This document shows positions 52,426 to 62,106 of a stretch of DNA of 64,000 bases, one piece after another. Source of the stretch: a virus; the IMG/VR virus record IMGVR_UViG_3300037180_000021, positions 1 through 64,000 of that record; one strand, given 5' to 3'. The translations under genes and the position numbers were made by a program. Numbering within the stretch: the first letter of the stretch is position 1; each line of letters opens with the position of its first letter. A model generated the notes under the pieces. The model was not told the DNA's origin, made no database searches, and saw only the letters and a list, made by a program, of their open reading frames with translations.

Positions 52426-52559
52426 CTGCCTACTATGAGGATTCGGAGCGCGATCGCATCGGCAGGCTCGCTGATGAGTTCTACGCGATGCGCATGGCGT
52501 TCGGCGGCGACCAGACCAAGGCGCAAGAGTACTACATGAAGATGCTGGATGTCAGATGA
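52266..52559 (+). CDS. candidate -1 frameshift extension of the tail assembly chaperone (GT-like)
   Basis: Heptamer C-CCT-TTC lies in the correct phase at 52266-52272. The -1 frame has no internal start codon, yet ends in protein-like sequence QLTPRQLAAYYEDSERDRIGRLADEFYAMRMAFGGDQTKAQEYYMKMLDVR. Confidence 0.45.
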   Translation, partial: PFHRRPQFLNPRAKQRAGARKRTAATEIRKCYQRFIGDGHQPAAARQLTPRQLAAYYEDSERDRIGRLADEFYAMRMAFGGDQTKAQEYYMKMLDVR

Positions 52560-52744
52560 GAATATCATGTGACCAAGGCGACGTCGCCTTCTTCTCCACC
52601 CAGGTGCTGATGTCGAGGATGAAGCGCATCATCGTGTTCCTGGACAGTCATGGGGTAGAGTCTGTGATAACGGCCGACAGCGTCGAAGGCTTCGTCAGTC
52701 ACGCGATGAGAGGCTCATCATTGATCATGGCAGAGTGGAAATAA
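52556..52744 (+). CDS. hypothetical protein
   Basis: 62-aa ORF, ATGA overlap. Confidence 0.35.
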   Translation: MRISCDQGDVAFFSTQVLMSRMKRIIVFLDSHGVESVITADSVEGFVSHAMRGSSLIMAEWK

Positions 52745-52780
52745 CAGTATGTACCCTTCAATAAACTCTGGAGAAAGTAG

Positions 52781-53218
52781 ATGAGAATGCTTGCAACAGC
52801 GATCGCGGTCATTGGTCTGATGAGCGCGTCGTCCTCTGCTCACGCGCTGTGGAACTACGGTGCCGATGTCGGCGTGCCGTCGCGGCACTGGAACGCGCCG
52901 CAGCAGAAACGACATTACGCGCGTGGCGGTGGTGGTCACGTCAGCGGTGATTGCTGGGTGGCAGCACGCAAGGGCGGCCCCTGCGGGTGCATGGCGATGC
53001 GCATCGTAGGCTTGTCAGACCGCAAGTTCTGGCTGGTTGCGAACTGGTTTGCCTTCCCACGCACGTCGCCTCACGTCGGGGCGGCAGCGATCTGGGGACG
53101 GCACCACGTCGAGATCGTCACGGCGGTGCACGGCGACGGCACTGTCAGCACTAGCGGGAGTGTCGGTCACTCGCGTGTTCCCATAGGTCGTCTTGCTTTC
53201 GTGGAGCCAAGGCGGTGA
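52781..53218 (+). CDS. secreted NlpC/P60- or CHAP-like cell-wall hydrolase
   Basis: Signal peptide MRMLATAIAVIGLMSASSSAHA. Candidate Cys (GGPCGCMAMRIV) and His (WGRHHVEIVTAV) nucleophile pair. Confidence 0.45.
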   Translation: MRMLATAIAVIGLMSASSSAHALWNYGADVGVPSRHWNAPQQKRHYARGGGGHVSGDCWVAARKGGPCGCMAMRIVGLSDRKFWLVANWFAFPRTSPHVGAAAIWGRHHVEIVTAVHGDGTVSTSGSVGHSRVPIGRLAFVEPRR

Positions 53219-53673
53219 CCACCGTACGCATCTACATGGACGGTAGCCGGGTGGGTCCAAAGTTCACCAGGCTGAGCGGGAAGTTCAGCTCGGCGCTGCG
53301 CGTCGCCGCCAGGGACATGGCCGCAGACATCGAGCAGGACACCAAGGCCGATGTCCAAGGCGCCGGCAAGTTCGGCAGCCGGTGGTTCCCGCACGCCGCT
53401 GTATCTGAGGGCGGCGGCCACGTGCGCATCGCCGTCACCGAGGACGTGCCGTACTGGACTATCTTCCAGTACGGCGGGACCATCTACGGTAAGCCGTTGC
53501 TGTACTTTAAGCCCAGCGAGGGTTTCTTTGGGAGAGGCAGCAAGACGCCGCTGGTGATCTCCAAGCACTCGGTGTTCGAGCCGAAGAAGTTCCACATCAT
53601 AGAGATCATCCGCAAGATCGCGCAACAGACCGGCGACTATCTTGCTGCCAGGATGCAGCAGGACCAGGAGTAG
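53215..53673 (+). CDS. hypothetical virion protein
   Basis: 152-aa ORF, GTGA overlap. Confidence 0.4.
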   Translation: MTTVRIYMDGSRVGPKFTRLSGKFSSALRVAARDMAADIEQDTKADVQGAGKFGSRWFPHAAVSEGGGHVRIAVTEDVPYWTIFQYGGTIYGKPLLYFKPSEGFFGRGSKTPLVISKHSVFEPKKFHIIEIIRKIAQQTGDYLAARMQQDQE

Positions 53674-53677
53674 CTTC

Positions 53678-56626
53678 ATGGCTGACAATGCCGTCATCAC
53701 CATCGACCTTGAGGGCGACGACACCATCAAGTCGAAGCTCGAGGCCCTGGCCAGGGTCGCTGAGGAGACGTTCAAGAAGACCGGCGACGCGGCTAAAGAT
53801 GCCGGTGATCAGATAGACAAGGTCGGCTCCGATGCCGTCAAGCTCCCATCCGTGCTCGCACCAGGACTCGCTGGTGGAGGCGGCGGCGGGAGAGGCTTGC
53901 TCGACCTGCTGGGTCTCGGTGCCGTCGAGGACGGCCTCGCCAGGACCAGCGGGCGTTTCAATGAGGGGTCGGAGGCGGCCAGAGGATTTCGTGAGGCACT
54001 GCACGTTGCCCACCCCGTCCTGGAGGAAGCTGGGCTGGGCATAGGAAACCTCAGCGCGCTGTCTTCGGCCGCGCGCGTCGGTCTTGGTGGCCTGACCATC
54101 GCCCTGGCCGGCGGGGTCCTGGCAGGTTTAGCCAAGCTTGGCGACGAGTCAGTCGCCACCAAGCGGCGCCTCGAGGACGTTTTTGGCGGCACGGATGCCG
54201 GTACCAAGGTGTTCGAGGACATGAGGAAGGAGGCGGATCGCCTCGGTGCCGATGTCGGTAAGCTGGCACCCTCGGTTGAGAACCTCCAGAACGCCGTGCG
54301 TCGTGGCAGCACCATCCAAGTCAGGTCCGTTCCCGGCCAGGAGCGCGCCCAGCCTGGCGCGTTCTCCCCGGAGAAGCTCATCGAGACCACCGGGGCCCTC
54401 TACGAGATCCTGCGAACTAGCGGGGTCAGAAATGAGCAGGCTGCCAAGGCGACTAATGACTTCACCGAGGCTCTTGCCAAGCAGGGGGCTGGCGCGCACC
54501 TGACCGTGGAAATGCTCAGACAGCTCGAGCAAGTTTCTCCGGGAGCGGCGAACGCGCTGGCCAAGATCTTTAACAGGCGCGACGCCGTCGACTTCGAGCA
54601 GTACCTGAACATAGTGCGGCCTGGTCTCACAGAATTGTTCACGAGATTACAGAGCTACAAGCCTATCGCCGACGCTGCCTTCGCCGATCCTGCCAAGAAC
54701 GTGAAGACGTTCGGGTCAGAACTCGACGCCGTCGGCACCGACTTGAAGAAGTATTTCACCAATCTCTCAGAAGGAACCGACGCCGGGAAATTCATGATCA
54801 ACCAAGTTGATCATACTAGGGACGCGATCAAGTCAACGGTGGAGGAGGTCGGCGCGCTTGCCAAGGCGTGGACAGACCTGACAAACAAGGACTTCAGCAA
54901 GCTACGAAAAGACATAGCACCGGTCGTCACGTTTGGACCGACAAAGGATGAGGCTGGTAAGAAACAAGCCGACGAGGAGCACGCCGCCAACCAGCAGATG
55001 CTCAGCGAGCACCCGATAATAGGAAGACTACTGGGCATAAAGCCGGACACATTCGCCGATCGTTTCCCTACCCCACCCGCGCCGCCACCAGGTGCGGCAG
55101 CAGCAACAGCAGCAGCAGCAGCAGGGGGCGGCGGCCCGCTCGCCGGGGCGCCGGTTCCATCTGGAGAGGTCGTCCCTGTCTTTGATAAGGGCGGCAACGT
55201 CACTGGGTACCGTCCTGCCGCGCCAGAGGAGCAGTCGCACCCGAGGGTTGCGCTAGCAGCACCGGCAGCCCCGGCAGTTTCGGCGGAAAAGGCCACCAAT
55301 ACTGGCGGCATTGTTGTCGAGCATGTCGGTCCTGCTCAGCCGCCTGCCCTCACTCCTGATGCTCTTCTTGCGGCGGCTTCTGCTCCGCTTGCTCCTCAGC
55401 CGCTTGCTCCTCAGCCGCTTGCCCCTGCTCCGCTTGCTCCTCAGCCGCCTGCTTCTGCTCCGCTTGCTCCTCAGCCGCTTGCTGAACCAGCGCCACCAGC
55501 AGCAGAAGAAGAAGCATCTCCGGCCATCAGTATTCTTCAGCGTATTCTCGGCTTCATCAGTGGTGTCGCCGCACCAGCCGCGGCGCTTGTCCCTCCCGAG
55601 ACCGGGAGCGCATTAGGCATACGCGGGGAGGCTACTCCGGAGGTCGGGGGAGCCGCTCCGGAGGCCGGAGGGGTCGTAGCTGGGGGAACTGCTCCTGGGG
55701 CCGGAGAGGTCGCCGCGGGTCTCACCCAGGTGGGGACGGCGGCGACGCAGGCCGCGCCGGGACTTGAGCAGATCGGCTCATCTTCCTCCCAGGCCGCCAG
55801 CGGCCTTGACCAGATTGCCAGCGCCACGTCCAGCTTCGTGAGTGCGTTGCAGACCATCAACGTGGCCTCTGCGGGCCAGGCTCAGCCTGGCGGTGCCCAG
55901 GGGGCGGAGTCAGGCGGCACCCAGGCGGCCGGGGCCGAGGGCGGCCTGGTCTCTGTCGTCAGCAGGGCGTTCGGCGGCCCCGTGCACGGCGGCATGGCCG
56001 TGGCGCGCGTTTCCCATGGCGAGACCTACATTCCCCCCGACATGACGGCGCGGGTTGGCCTGCCAATCCTGCACGCGATCAATGAGATCGGCCTCGCCGG
56101 CGGCGGCCCGATCAGGATCGAGGGTCCCGGCACCGGCACCAGCGACTCTATCGTCGCGGCGCTGCCTCATGGCTCCTTTATCCTCAACGCCAAGGCGACC
56201 GAGCGCGTCGGCGTGTCGTCCCTCGCCGAGGGCGGCGTCGTCGAGGTCGGGGCCACTCCGAAGCATAAGACTATCCCCGGTGTGTTCTCAGCCATCAGCA
56301 ACGTGGTCGGCTCCGGTTTGGCATCCGACGTTGGGCACCAGTATAGCTTCGGCGGCCTGGTCAGCGGCTTCTCAGACAGCATCGCGACGTCCATGACGTC
56401 CGCGGCGCCGCGGTTGGCGGGCGGCGGCTCGGTGGACAGGTTCGCCGGTGGCGGTCCGATTGGTCACTACACGGTGGACCTGCGCACCGACAAGGGCGTG
56501 GTGAGCGGGCTGCGCGGCGGCCAGGATCAGATCGACCAGCTCAGCCGCAGCGCGGTCAACCGCAAGATCACCACCATGTTCACTGGCGGCGGCGTGCCGG
56601 ACTGGTATGGCGGCAGGAATAGCTAA
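53678..56626 (+). CDS. tape measure protein
   Basis: 982 aa. Position is after the chaperone pair. Helical Ala/Gly-rich N-terminal half, with a Pro/Ala repeat region PLAPQPLAPQPLAPAPLAPQPPASAPLAPQPL. Confidence 0.7.
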   Translation: MADNAVITIDLEGDDTIKSKLEALARVAEETFKKTGDAAKDAGDQIDKVGSDAVKLPSVLAPGLAGGGGGGRGLLDLLGLGAVEDGLARTSGRFNEGSEAARGFREALHVAHPVLEEAGLGIGNLSALSSAARVGLGGLTIALAGGVLAGLAKLGDESVATKRRLEDVFGGTDAGTKVFEDMRKEADRLGADVGKLAPSVENLQNAVRRGSTIQVRSVPGQERAQPGAFSPEKLIETTGALYEILRTSGVRNEQAAKATNDFTEALAKQGAGAHLTVEMLRQLEQVSPGAANALAKIFNRRDAVDFEQYLNIVRPGLTELFTRLQSYKPIADAAFADPAKNVKTFGSELDAVGTDLKKYFTNLSEGTDAGKFMINQVDHTRDAIKSTVEEVGALAKAWTDLTNKDFSKLRKDIAPVVTFGPTKDEAGKKQADEEHAANQQMLSEHPIIGRLLGIKPDTFADRFPTPPAPPPGAAAATAAAAAGGGGPLAGAPVPSGEVVPVFDKGGNVTGYRPAAPEEQSHPRVALAAPAAPAVSAEKATNTGGIVVEHVGPAQPPALTPDALLAAASAPLAPQPLAPQPLAPAPLAPQPPASAPLAPQPLAEPAPPAAEEEASPAISILQRILGFISGVAAPAAALVPPETGSALGIRGEATPEVGGAAPEAGGVVAGGTAPGAGEVAAGLTQVGTAATQAAPGLEQIGSSSSQAASGLDQIASATSSFVSALQTINVASAGQAQPGGAQGAESGGTQAAGAEGGLVSVVSRAFGGPVHGGMAVARVSHGETYIPPDMTARVGLPILHAINEIGLAGGGPIRIEGPGTGTSDSIVAALPHGSFILNAKATERVGVSSLAEGGVVEVGATPKHKTIPGVFSAISNVVGSGLASDVGHQYSFGGLVSGFSDSIATSMTSAAPRLAGGGSVDRFAGGGPIGHYTVDLRTDKGVVSGLRGGQDQIDQLSRSAVNRKITTMFTGGGVPDWYGGRNS

Positions 56627-56627
56627 C

Positions 56628-57104
56628 ATGGCCTACCCGAGCTTCCTGGTCATCACGCCGATCTCCAACAGCACCGGCGCCGACACGCCTCAGCTGCCGA
56701 CGTACTCGGTGCGCGGTGCTACGCAGTCGCTCAGCATTATAGCCGGGGACAAGAATGACGCAGCCATCGGCACGGTGATCCGGCGGTCCATCAACGGCCA
56801 GCTGATTGATCTTACGGCGCCGCAGTTCAGGAAGTACGACAGCGAGATCACGTTCAACGACGTGGAGATGCCGGCGATGGACGACGCTTGGCTTGGCACC
56901 GTCGTTCTAGTCCAGTGCGCCGTGGAGCTAGGGTTCCCCACTGGTGGCACTCCGGCGCGTCCTGTGGTGGCGGGGTCGGAGAGAGAGGAAGGCCACTTCA
57001 CGTTCTACCGGCCGGAGCTGACCATGATGGTGTACGGCTTTTCCACGTCGTTTGACGAGTGGGGAGCTGAATATCGCTCGGGCTTGAAATTACAAGAGCA
57101 GTAA
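56628..57104 (+). CDS. distal tail protein-position gene
   Basis: 158-aa ORF directly after the tape measure gene. Confidence 0.4.
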   Translation: MAYPSFLVITPISNSTGADTPQLPTYSVRGATQSLSIIAGDKNDAAIGTVIRRSINGQLIDLTAPQFRKYDSEITFNDVEMPAMDDAWLGTVVLVQCAVELGFPTGGTPARPVVAGSEREEGHFTFYRPELTMMVYGFSTSFDEWGAEYRSGLKLQEQ

Positions 57105-57105
57105 G

Positions 57106-60100
57106 ATGCTAGGCCCGTCAGGTTTTCCTCCCGGACCTTTCTACTTCGCCCAGGTGTTCGACGGCGACGACGTGTTCGGACCGCACCACTACCGCAACGA
57201 CCTCGTCGTGCTGCGCTATGACTACGAGCAGGACGAGACCGGCAAGCCCACGCTCAGCGTCGAGGTGCCCAATCCGCGCCGAGGATTGATAGCGGCGGGC
57301 GTCCCGACCTGGTGCTGGTTCTCCGTCTACAACTACAGCAGCGCCGCCGTCACTGGACCCGACGGCAACAGCTACGCGTCCGGCGAGGTGGTCCCGCTGT
57401 TCCACGGTCGCCTCATGTCGATCCCGACCAGCATCCTCAACGAGACCATCACGCTGCAGTACCAGACCTGGCCAGACGACTTCGTCCAGCAGAAACAGCA
57501 GGTCGCCGAGACCATCAAAGTCCCCCCCGGGTATGACCCCATCTGGCTGGACGATGAGCACCGCGACGACCCAGACAGCATCCTGCAGGGTTACTCGCGC
57601 GTCTGGAACATCAATCCGGTGACGATGGTGGTCAGCACCACAGATGTCATCATCGGCGAAGATGGCATCATCACGTTCGGCCAGGGCGACGCGCCGTACG
57701 ACAGCGTCGAGGAGGTCATCAGCCAGACGCCCCCGCTGCAGAACGTCAAGATAGAGGCCACCGTGGGGTGGAAGCAGACCTCCACCGGGGTGGTCAACTT
57801 TGGTACCAACACGTTCGTCAGCCTGACCGGGGACTCGCTGATCTCGTCGTGGCCGCATGCCGGCGCCAGCCTCGGCGGCGGGTGGCAGATCGACTCGGCC
57901 ACGGCGCGAGATGTCTCCGGCACGGCGTACATCGTCTCGGGCAGCGCCAACTACTCGTACAACAATCCGGCCAAGTTTCATAGCTTCGGCGACATGATGT
58001 CGCGAACCACGTCGATCACGTGGCCCGCTGGCGGCGCCATAGCGCAGACTGTCGTGCTGAACCTGTTCGAGCAGATCGGACTGCAGGCCCCGCAGGGCGT
58101 CTTCGTCACCATCGAGGGCGCGCCGATCACGGTCAACATACCGTTCGTCTACGACGAGCAGCTGTTCTTCGTCTACGCCTGGATCATCGGCACGTCGCTG
58201 GCGCTGCGCTACCTGCCAGACAGGGACTACAAGGAGCAGCTGAACATTACATTGCAGGCCAGCACCCAGGCGGTGGTGGTGGACCCCACCATCCAGCAGG
58301 AGAGCGAGCTTATAAAGCTGCCAGGAGTAGACGTCGGCCAGCCGCTGATCAACGTGCTGAGCTGGCTGGCGGTGGCCGGCAAGGTGGTGGGAGTCGGCAC
58401 CGTGGTCGTCCCGACTAGCCAGGCGCCGGCCGGGCCTAACGGCGTGATCTCTCAGTCGTCGCAGATAGCCGTCGTCGAGGGCACGGCCGGGACCACGGAG
58501 CCGAACTTCTCGGACGTGATTGGTGACCAGACCATCGACGGCACCGTTTACTGGGTATGCACCGGCGCCAACCTGGAGCCGGTCCCGTGGCAGGCAATAG
58601 CCAACGTCCCCACCGGACAACTGCTCATACCCATTCGGCCGAACCCGTTGGATACCTACGCCAACTACGTGGCGGCGGGCCACATCGACGAGCCTATCCC
58701 CACCGGGTCCGAGATCGGCACCGGGTGGTTCGCCACCGACACCTCTGGCAACTTGTGGCAGTGCATGCGCGGCGGCACCACCAGCCCGTACAGCACCGAC
58801 CCCAGCTCGACCGACGGTCAGGTGACGTGGAACGAGGTCGGTACCAGCATCCCTGACGGCACTGTGGTCTACCTCTGCGTCAGCGGCGGCCAGACTTCCT
58901 CTCTGCTGCCGAACTTTGATACCACGCTGGGGGCCGTCACCGTGGAGGTAGGCGACCAGACCTGGGGCGGCGGCGCCGGGGTGGAGTGGCTCAGCCTCGG
59001 CCCCGTGGCCCAGAGCAAGTTCGCCATCCCCGTCGGCGGCACGCCCGGCAACGTGACGGCGCGGGACTTCTTCCCTACCGACCGTGGCCAGCAGGCGATC
59101 CAGGCGGCGTTGGCACGCGGCGTGGCACGGCTGCGCTATCGCGCGCGGGTGGTGGACCTGAGCTGGGACTGCAACAACTACTTCAAGGCTGTCGGCCTCA
59201 CCACCAGGATGAATGCTGCGATAGAAGACTACCGCATATCTGGCGGAGTGGCCGAGGGCAAAGTGACCAAGATCAAGCATGGCTGCAACGGCGACACAGG
59301 CGTCCTCTACGGCACTGTGAAGATCGGCGCCACGGTCGGGACCGGGGGGCACGTGACAGAGGTCGTTGGCCCGGACACCTACGCCACCGACTACGCCACC
59401 GACTACACCCAGAGCACCGGCTCCGTCGTGGTGCCGTTTGACGACTACAGCATCGGCTACACGCCGCTGAGCAGCGCCCCCGGAGACGACGGCCTGGTGT
59501 TCCCCCTGACCAGCGCCGCGCAGGTGGCCGTAGTCAACGAGACGGTGGGCACACTGGGAGATCAAGTGGCCGCGATCCAGCCGTGGGTGTCGGCTATCGT
59601 CACCATGGCGTACGACTCTAACCACAACCCGTCCGTCGGGGAGATGCAGAACGCGGCGTACAACGTTCAGAGGACCAACCCGTCGCTGCTGATGGTGGGT
59701 CACGAGGTCTACCTGGACCTCAGACTGATGCCGGTGGCAGGCAACAGCTTCACCAACGCGTACCAGCTCTCCACCACCGATCTGATCATACCGAAGACCA
59801 TAGATCTGTCGGCGGTTTCCAACAGCAATGGCGGTGGCGGTGGCGGTGGCGGTGGCGGTGGCGGTGGCGGTGGCGGTGGCGGTGGCGGTGGCGGTGGCGG
59901 TGGCGGTGGCGGTGGCGTCACTGATCCGTATGCGGCGATCGACGGTTCGTTGAGTGCGCCGGCAGGGACGCCGCAATATCCGACGCTGCTTTCCGGCTAT
60001 GTTGCGCGGCCGCCTTGGAATGTGGCGGGCGTTGATTACTATACCGGATGCCCGGAGAACATAACGCTCGCCGATCCGACCACGATGGACATTGCTGGTG

Positions 60101-60963
60101 TGTCGGTGAATTTGTCCAACTACACCGCCACCATTACAGGCAACAATGTCACCATCAGCGGTTTCGATTTCAGTGAGACGAGCGGGTTTTCCGGCGCTGG
60201 TCTTTGGACGATCAATGATGATGGCAGCAATAATATCGTCACGCAGTGCAAATTTGGAATAGCGTCAGCCTACACCGGACAAACAGGCGTCGTTAACGGC
60301 AACACCAATTTCATCGGCTCCTACCTAACAATGGATGGTGGGTGCAATCCTAATTCCACCACCGCGCCGTGGACTGAGAGTGCATATCCTAATAATTTGA
60401 TAGGTTGCAAGACGGGAACCTTTTCCTACTGCTGGCTTAAAAATTCTCCGGGTGATAATTTTGGGGTGGGTGAAGGGACGGGAACGGTCACCATTGAATA
60501 TTGTTTTGTCGAGAATAGCGCCTGCGTTGAAGGTGTTCACAATAATTGGACGCAGTTTTACGGCGGCACTTATACCGCCCCGACAGTCAAATTCTGCACC
60601 ATGCGACAAAATGCTTTGGGAGCAAACTACCAGAATGGATCGGGTGACGGCATCCAAATAGACACCCAGGGAGGCGGCTCCATCACTGATTGTTTGGTCG
60701 AGTATTGCACAGTGATCGCTAGACAAGTTACCCCCGGCGGCTCTAATAACGGTCAGTCCATCTCTTATTTGATAACTTGGCAGGACAGCGATGCGGCCGG
60801 TAAGAATGTCGGCGGAACTTACGACTACAACTATTTCGACACGGACGGGGTTTATACCGGTAGCAACGCCACGGGCGCCTACGGATTCTTCTCAAATGAT
60901 GGCGATGTAGATGCCGCGAGCGGCGGTCATAATATAAACATGGCCACCGGAGCGGCATCATGA
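57106..60963 (+). CDS. large tail hub/host-specificity protein with poly-Gly linker and C-terminal beta-helix domain
   Basis: 1285 aa. A 29-Gly run precedes an AT-richer C-terminal 349 aa (NVTISGFDFSETSG...YCFVENSACVEGVHNNW). Confidence 0.6.
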   Translation: MLGPSGFPPGPFYFAQVFDGDDVFGPHHYRNDLVVLRYDYEQDETGKPTLSVEVPNPRRGLIAAGVPTWCWFSVYNYSSAAVTGPDGNSYASGEVVPLFHGRLMSIPTSILNETITLQYQTWPDDFVQQKQQVAETIKVPPGYDPIWLDDEHRDDPDSILQGYSRVWNINPVTMVVSTTDVIIGEDGIITFGQGDAPYDSVEEVISQTPPLQNVKIEATVGWKQTSTGVVNFGTNTFVSLTGDSLISSWPHAGASLGGGWQIDSATARDVSGTAYIVSGSANYSYNNPAKFHSFGDMMSRTTSITWPAGGAIAQTVVLNLFEQIGLQAPQGVFVTIEGAPITVNIPFVYDEQLFFVYAWIIGTSLALRYLPDRDYKEQLNITLQASTQAVVVDPTIQQESELIKLPGVDVGQPLINVLSWLAVAGKVVGVGTVVVPTSQAPAGPNGVISQSSQIAVVEGTAGTTEPNFSDVIGDQTIDGTVYWVCTGANLEPVPWQAIANVPTGQLLIPIRPNPLDTYANYVAAGHIDEPIPTGSEIGTGWFATDTSGNLWQCMRGGTTSPYSTDPSSTDGQVTWNEVGTSIPDGTVVYLCVSGGQTSSLLPNFDTTLGAVTVEVGDQTWGGGAGVEWLSLGPVAQSKFAIPVGGTPGNVTARDFFPTDRGQQAIQAALARGVARLRYRARVVDLSWDCNNYFKAVGLTTRMNAAIEDYRISGGVAEGKVTKIKHGCNGDTGVLYGTVKIGATVGTGGHVTEVVGPDTYATDYATDYTQSTGSVVVPFDDYSIGYTPLSSAPGDDGLVFPLTSAAQVAVVNETVGTLGDQVAAIQPWVSAIVTMAYDSNHNPSVGEMQNAAYNVQRTNPSLLMVGHEVYLDLRLMPVAGNSFTNAYQLSTTDLIIPKTIDLSAVSNSNGGGGGGGGGGGGGGGGGGGGGGGGGGGGGVTDPYAAIDGSLSAPAGTPQYPTLLSGYVARPPWNVAGVDYYTGCPENITLADPTTMDIAGVSVNLSNYTATITGNNVTISGFDFSETSGFSGAGLWTINDDGSNNIVTQCKFGIASAYTGQTGVVNGNTNFIGSYLTMDGGCNPNSTTAPWTESAYPNNLIGCKTGTFSYCWLKNSPGDNFGVGEGTGTVTIEYCFVENSACVEGVHNNWTQFYGGTYTAPTVKFCTMRQNALGANYQNGSGDGIQIDTQGGGSITDCLVEYCTVIARQVTPGGSNNGQSISYLITWQDSDAAGKNVGGTYDYNYFDTDGVYTGSNATGAYGFFSNDGDVDAASGGHNINMATGAAS
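59830..59916 (+). repeat. perfect (GGCGGT)14-GGC microsatellite encoding 29 glycines
   Basis: Read directly: 87 nt of strictly alternating GGC and GGT codons. Confidence 0.95.
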
Positions 60964-61003
60964 GCTGGACAATCGGAAATAGTAGCACAGGGAGATCGAG
61001 CAG

Positions 61004-61210
61004 GTGCCCCTAGAAACCATCATACGACAGTTCCAGACCGGCAATTCTACGCCGCCAGACCGCGTCTACTCGTCGGTCAGGCAGCCGCCGCTGGTCATCA
61101 TCACCCCCGGCAGGACCGGGGGCAGCGTCAAGTCCGGCACCGCGCACGTCCACATAGTGGCGACATTCTACGTGCCGAAGACGCCGACCGAAGTCACGTC
61201 AACCGGGTAA
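61004..61210 (+). CDS. hypothetical protein
   Basis: 68-aa ORF (GTG start). Confidence 0.35.
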   Translation: MPLETIIRQFQTGNSTPPDRVYSSVRQPPLVIITPGRTGGSVKSGTAHVHIVATFYVPKTPTEVTSTG

Positions 61211-61214
61211 GTTG

Positions 61215-62105
61215 ATGCCCACGCTGTTCAGCCCACGTGGCGGTGCTCTTGCCGGGGCTGATGGCCCTGTCACCACCGGCCCACAGCCGCTTTCCACGGC
61301 TACCGGCATACGCGTGTCGCAGCCCCTGCTCATCATCGACCCCGGCGGCAGCGGCAACGGCATCAATATTCCACTCATCAAGTCTGTCGGGTTCAACGAG
61401 AACGACACTGGCCAGCTGCAGATACTCTCGTTCTCTAACCTTGGTCAGGCGGGGAACATCCCTGACGGCACCCCGGCCGGCGCGGTCATGGCCGTGGGTC
61501 AGGTGCGACAGGCGCACCCTGCGATCGTCTACAACCTGGACAGCACTGACCCGTGGACAGGAACTGTCACCCCCGGGACAGGCACTCCGGCTTTCATCGT
61601 GGAGCGCGTCGACCAGCTCATGGTCTATGACCAGAATACCACGGGCGGCCCGCGTGAGATCAACGACCCTGCGGCCGGCGGCGTCAACCTGGACACGGAC
61701 GGGGCGTACCAGGGCGGCGGCCAGGTGTCAGTGTACGCCGTGGACAACTACGACGGCGAGGTACCTGGGGCCGCGCTCTCTATCGGCGCCACCCCGGACG
61801 TTGCCATCTACGACAGCATCGACTCCAGCACGACGCCGCCAGACTTCTCTAAGGCTGGAGGCCAGGGCGGGGTTCACGACACGTGCCACGTGGTACGCAT
61901 CTATGGCGGCCAGATACAGACCAACGACGACGGCAGCTATCAGCTGAACGACGACGGCAGCGCAGCCCTGATGCTTGATCCAGGCGTGTGGGCAGACGTG
62001 CAGTACATCGACGTGCTCGACGTCATCGACGACGACGGCCAGGAGCGGTTCTGGACGCTGACCCAGAACCCGACCCAAGATAATTATCCATACCCGGGAA
62101 GCTAA
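61215..62105 (+). CDS. hypothetical tail-module protein
   Basis: 296-aa ORF. Confidence 0.5.
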   Translation: MPTLFSPRGGALAGADGPVTTGPQPLSTATGIRVSQPLLIIDPGGSGNGINIPLIKSVGFNENDTGQLQILSFSNLGQAGNIPDGTPAGAVMAVGQVRQAHPAIVYNLDSTDPWTGTVTPGTGTPAFIVERVDQLMVYDQNTTGGPREINDPAAGGVNLDTDGAYQGGGQVSVYAVDNYDGEVPGAALSIGATPDVAIYDSIDSSTTPPDFSKAGGQGGVHDTCHVVRIYGGQIQTNDDGSYQLNDDGSAALMLDPGVWADVQYIDVLDVIDDDGQERFWTLTQNPTQDNYPYPGS

Positions 62106-62106
62106 G

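Noticed and set aside
55311-55616. Leu/Arg/Ser-repeat ORF (LLLRLLLSRLLLSRL...) in an alternative plus frame.
   Set aside because: It is a frame-shifted reading of the PLAPQ repeat region of the tape measure gene, not an independent gene.
59709-59921. Minus-strand ORF encoding a poly-Pro run.
   Set aside because: It is simply the reverse complement of the (GGCGGT)n glycine microsatellite inside the tail protein gene.
57118-59976. 952-aa minus-strand ORF antisense to the large tail protein. Similar long antisense ORFs occur at 40739..41770, 50863..51711, 45456..46457, 38378..39139, 7153..8706, 30325..31587, 17511..18308 and 8882..9667.
   Set aside because: Their composition is Arg/Gly/Ala/Val-rich, typical of the antisense frame of GC-rich coding DNA. 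No motifs are present, and the partner strand carries recognisable genes (transposases, capsid, polymerase, tail proteins). They were treated as artefacts. The 37005..37862 ORF is different: it lies in AT-rich DNA and has domain-like sequence.
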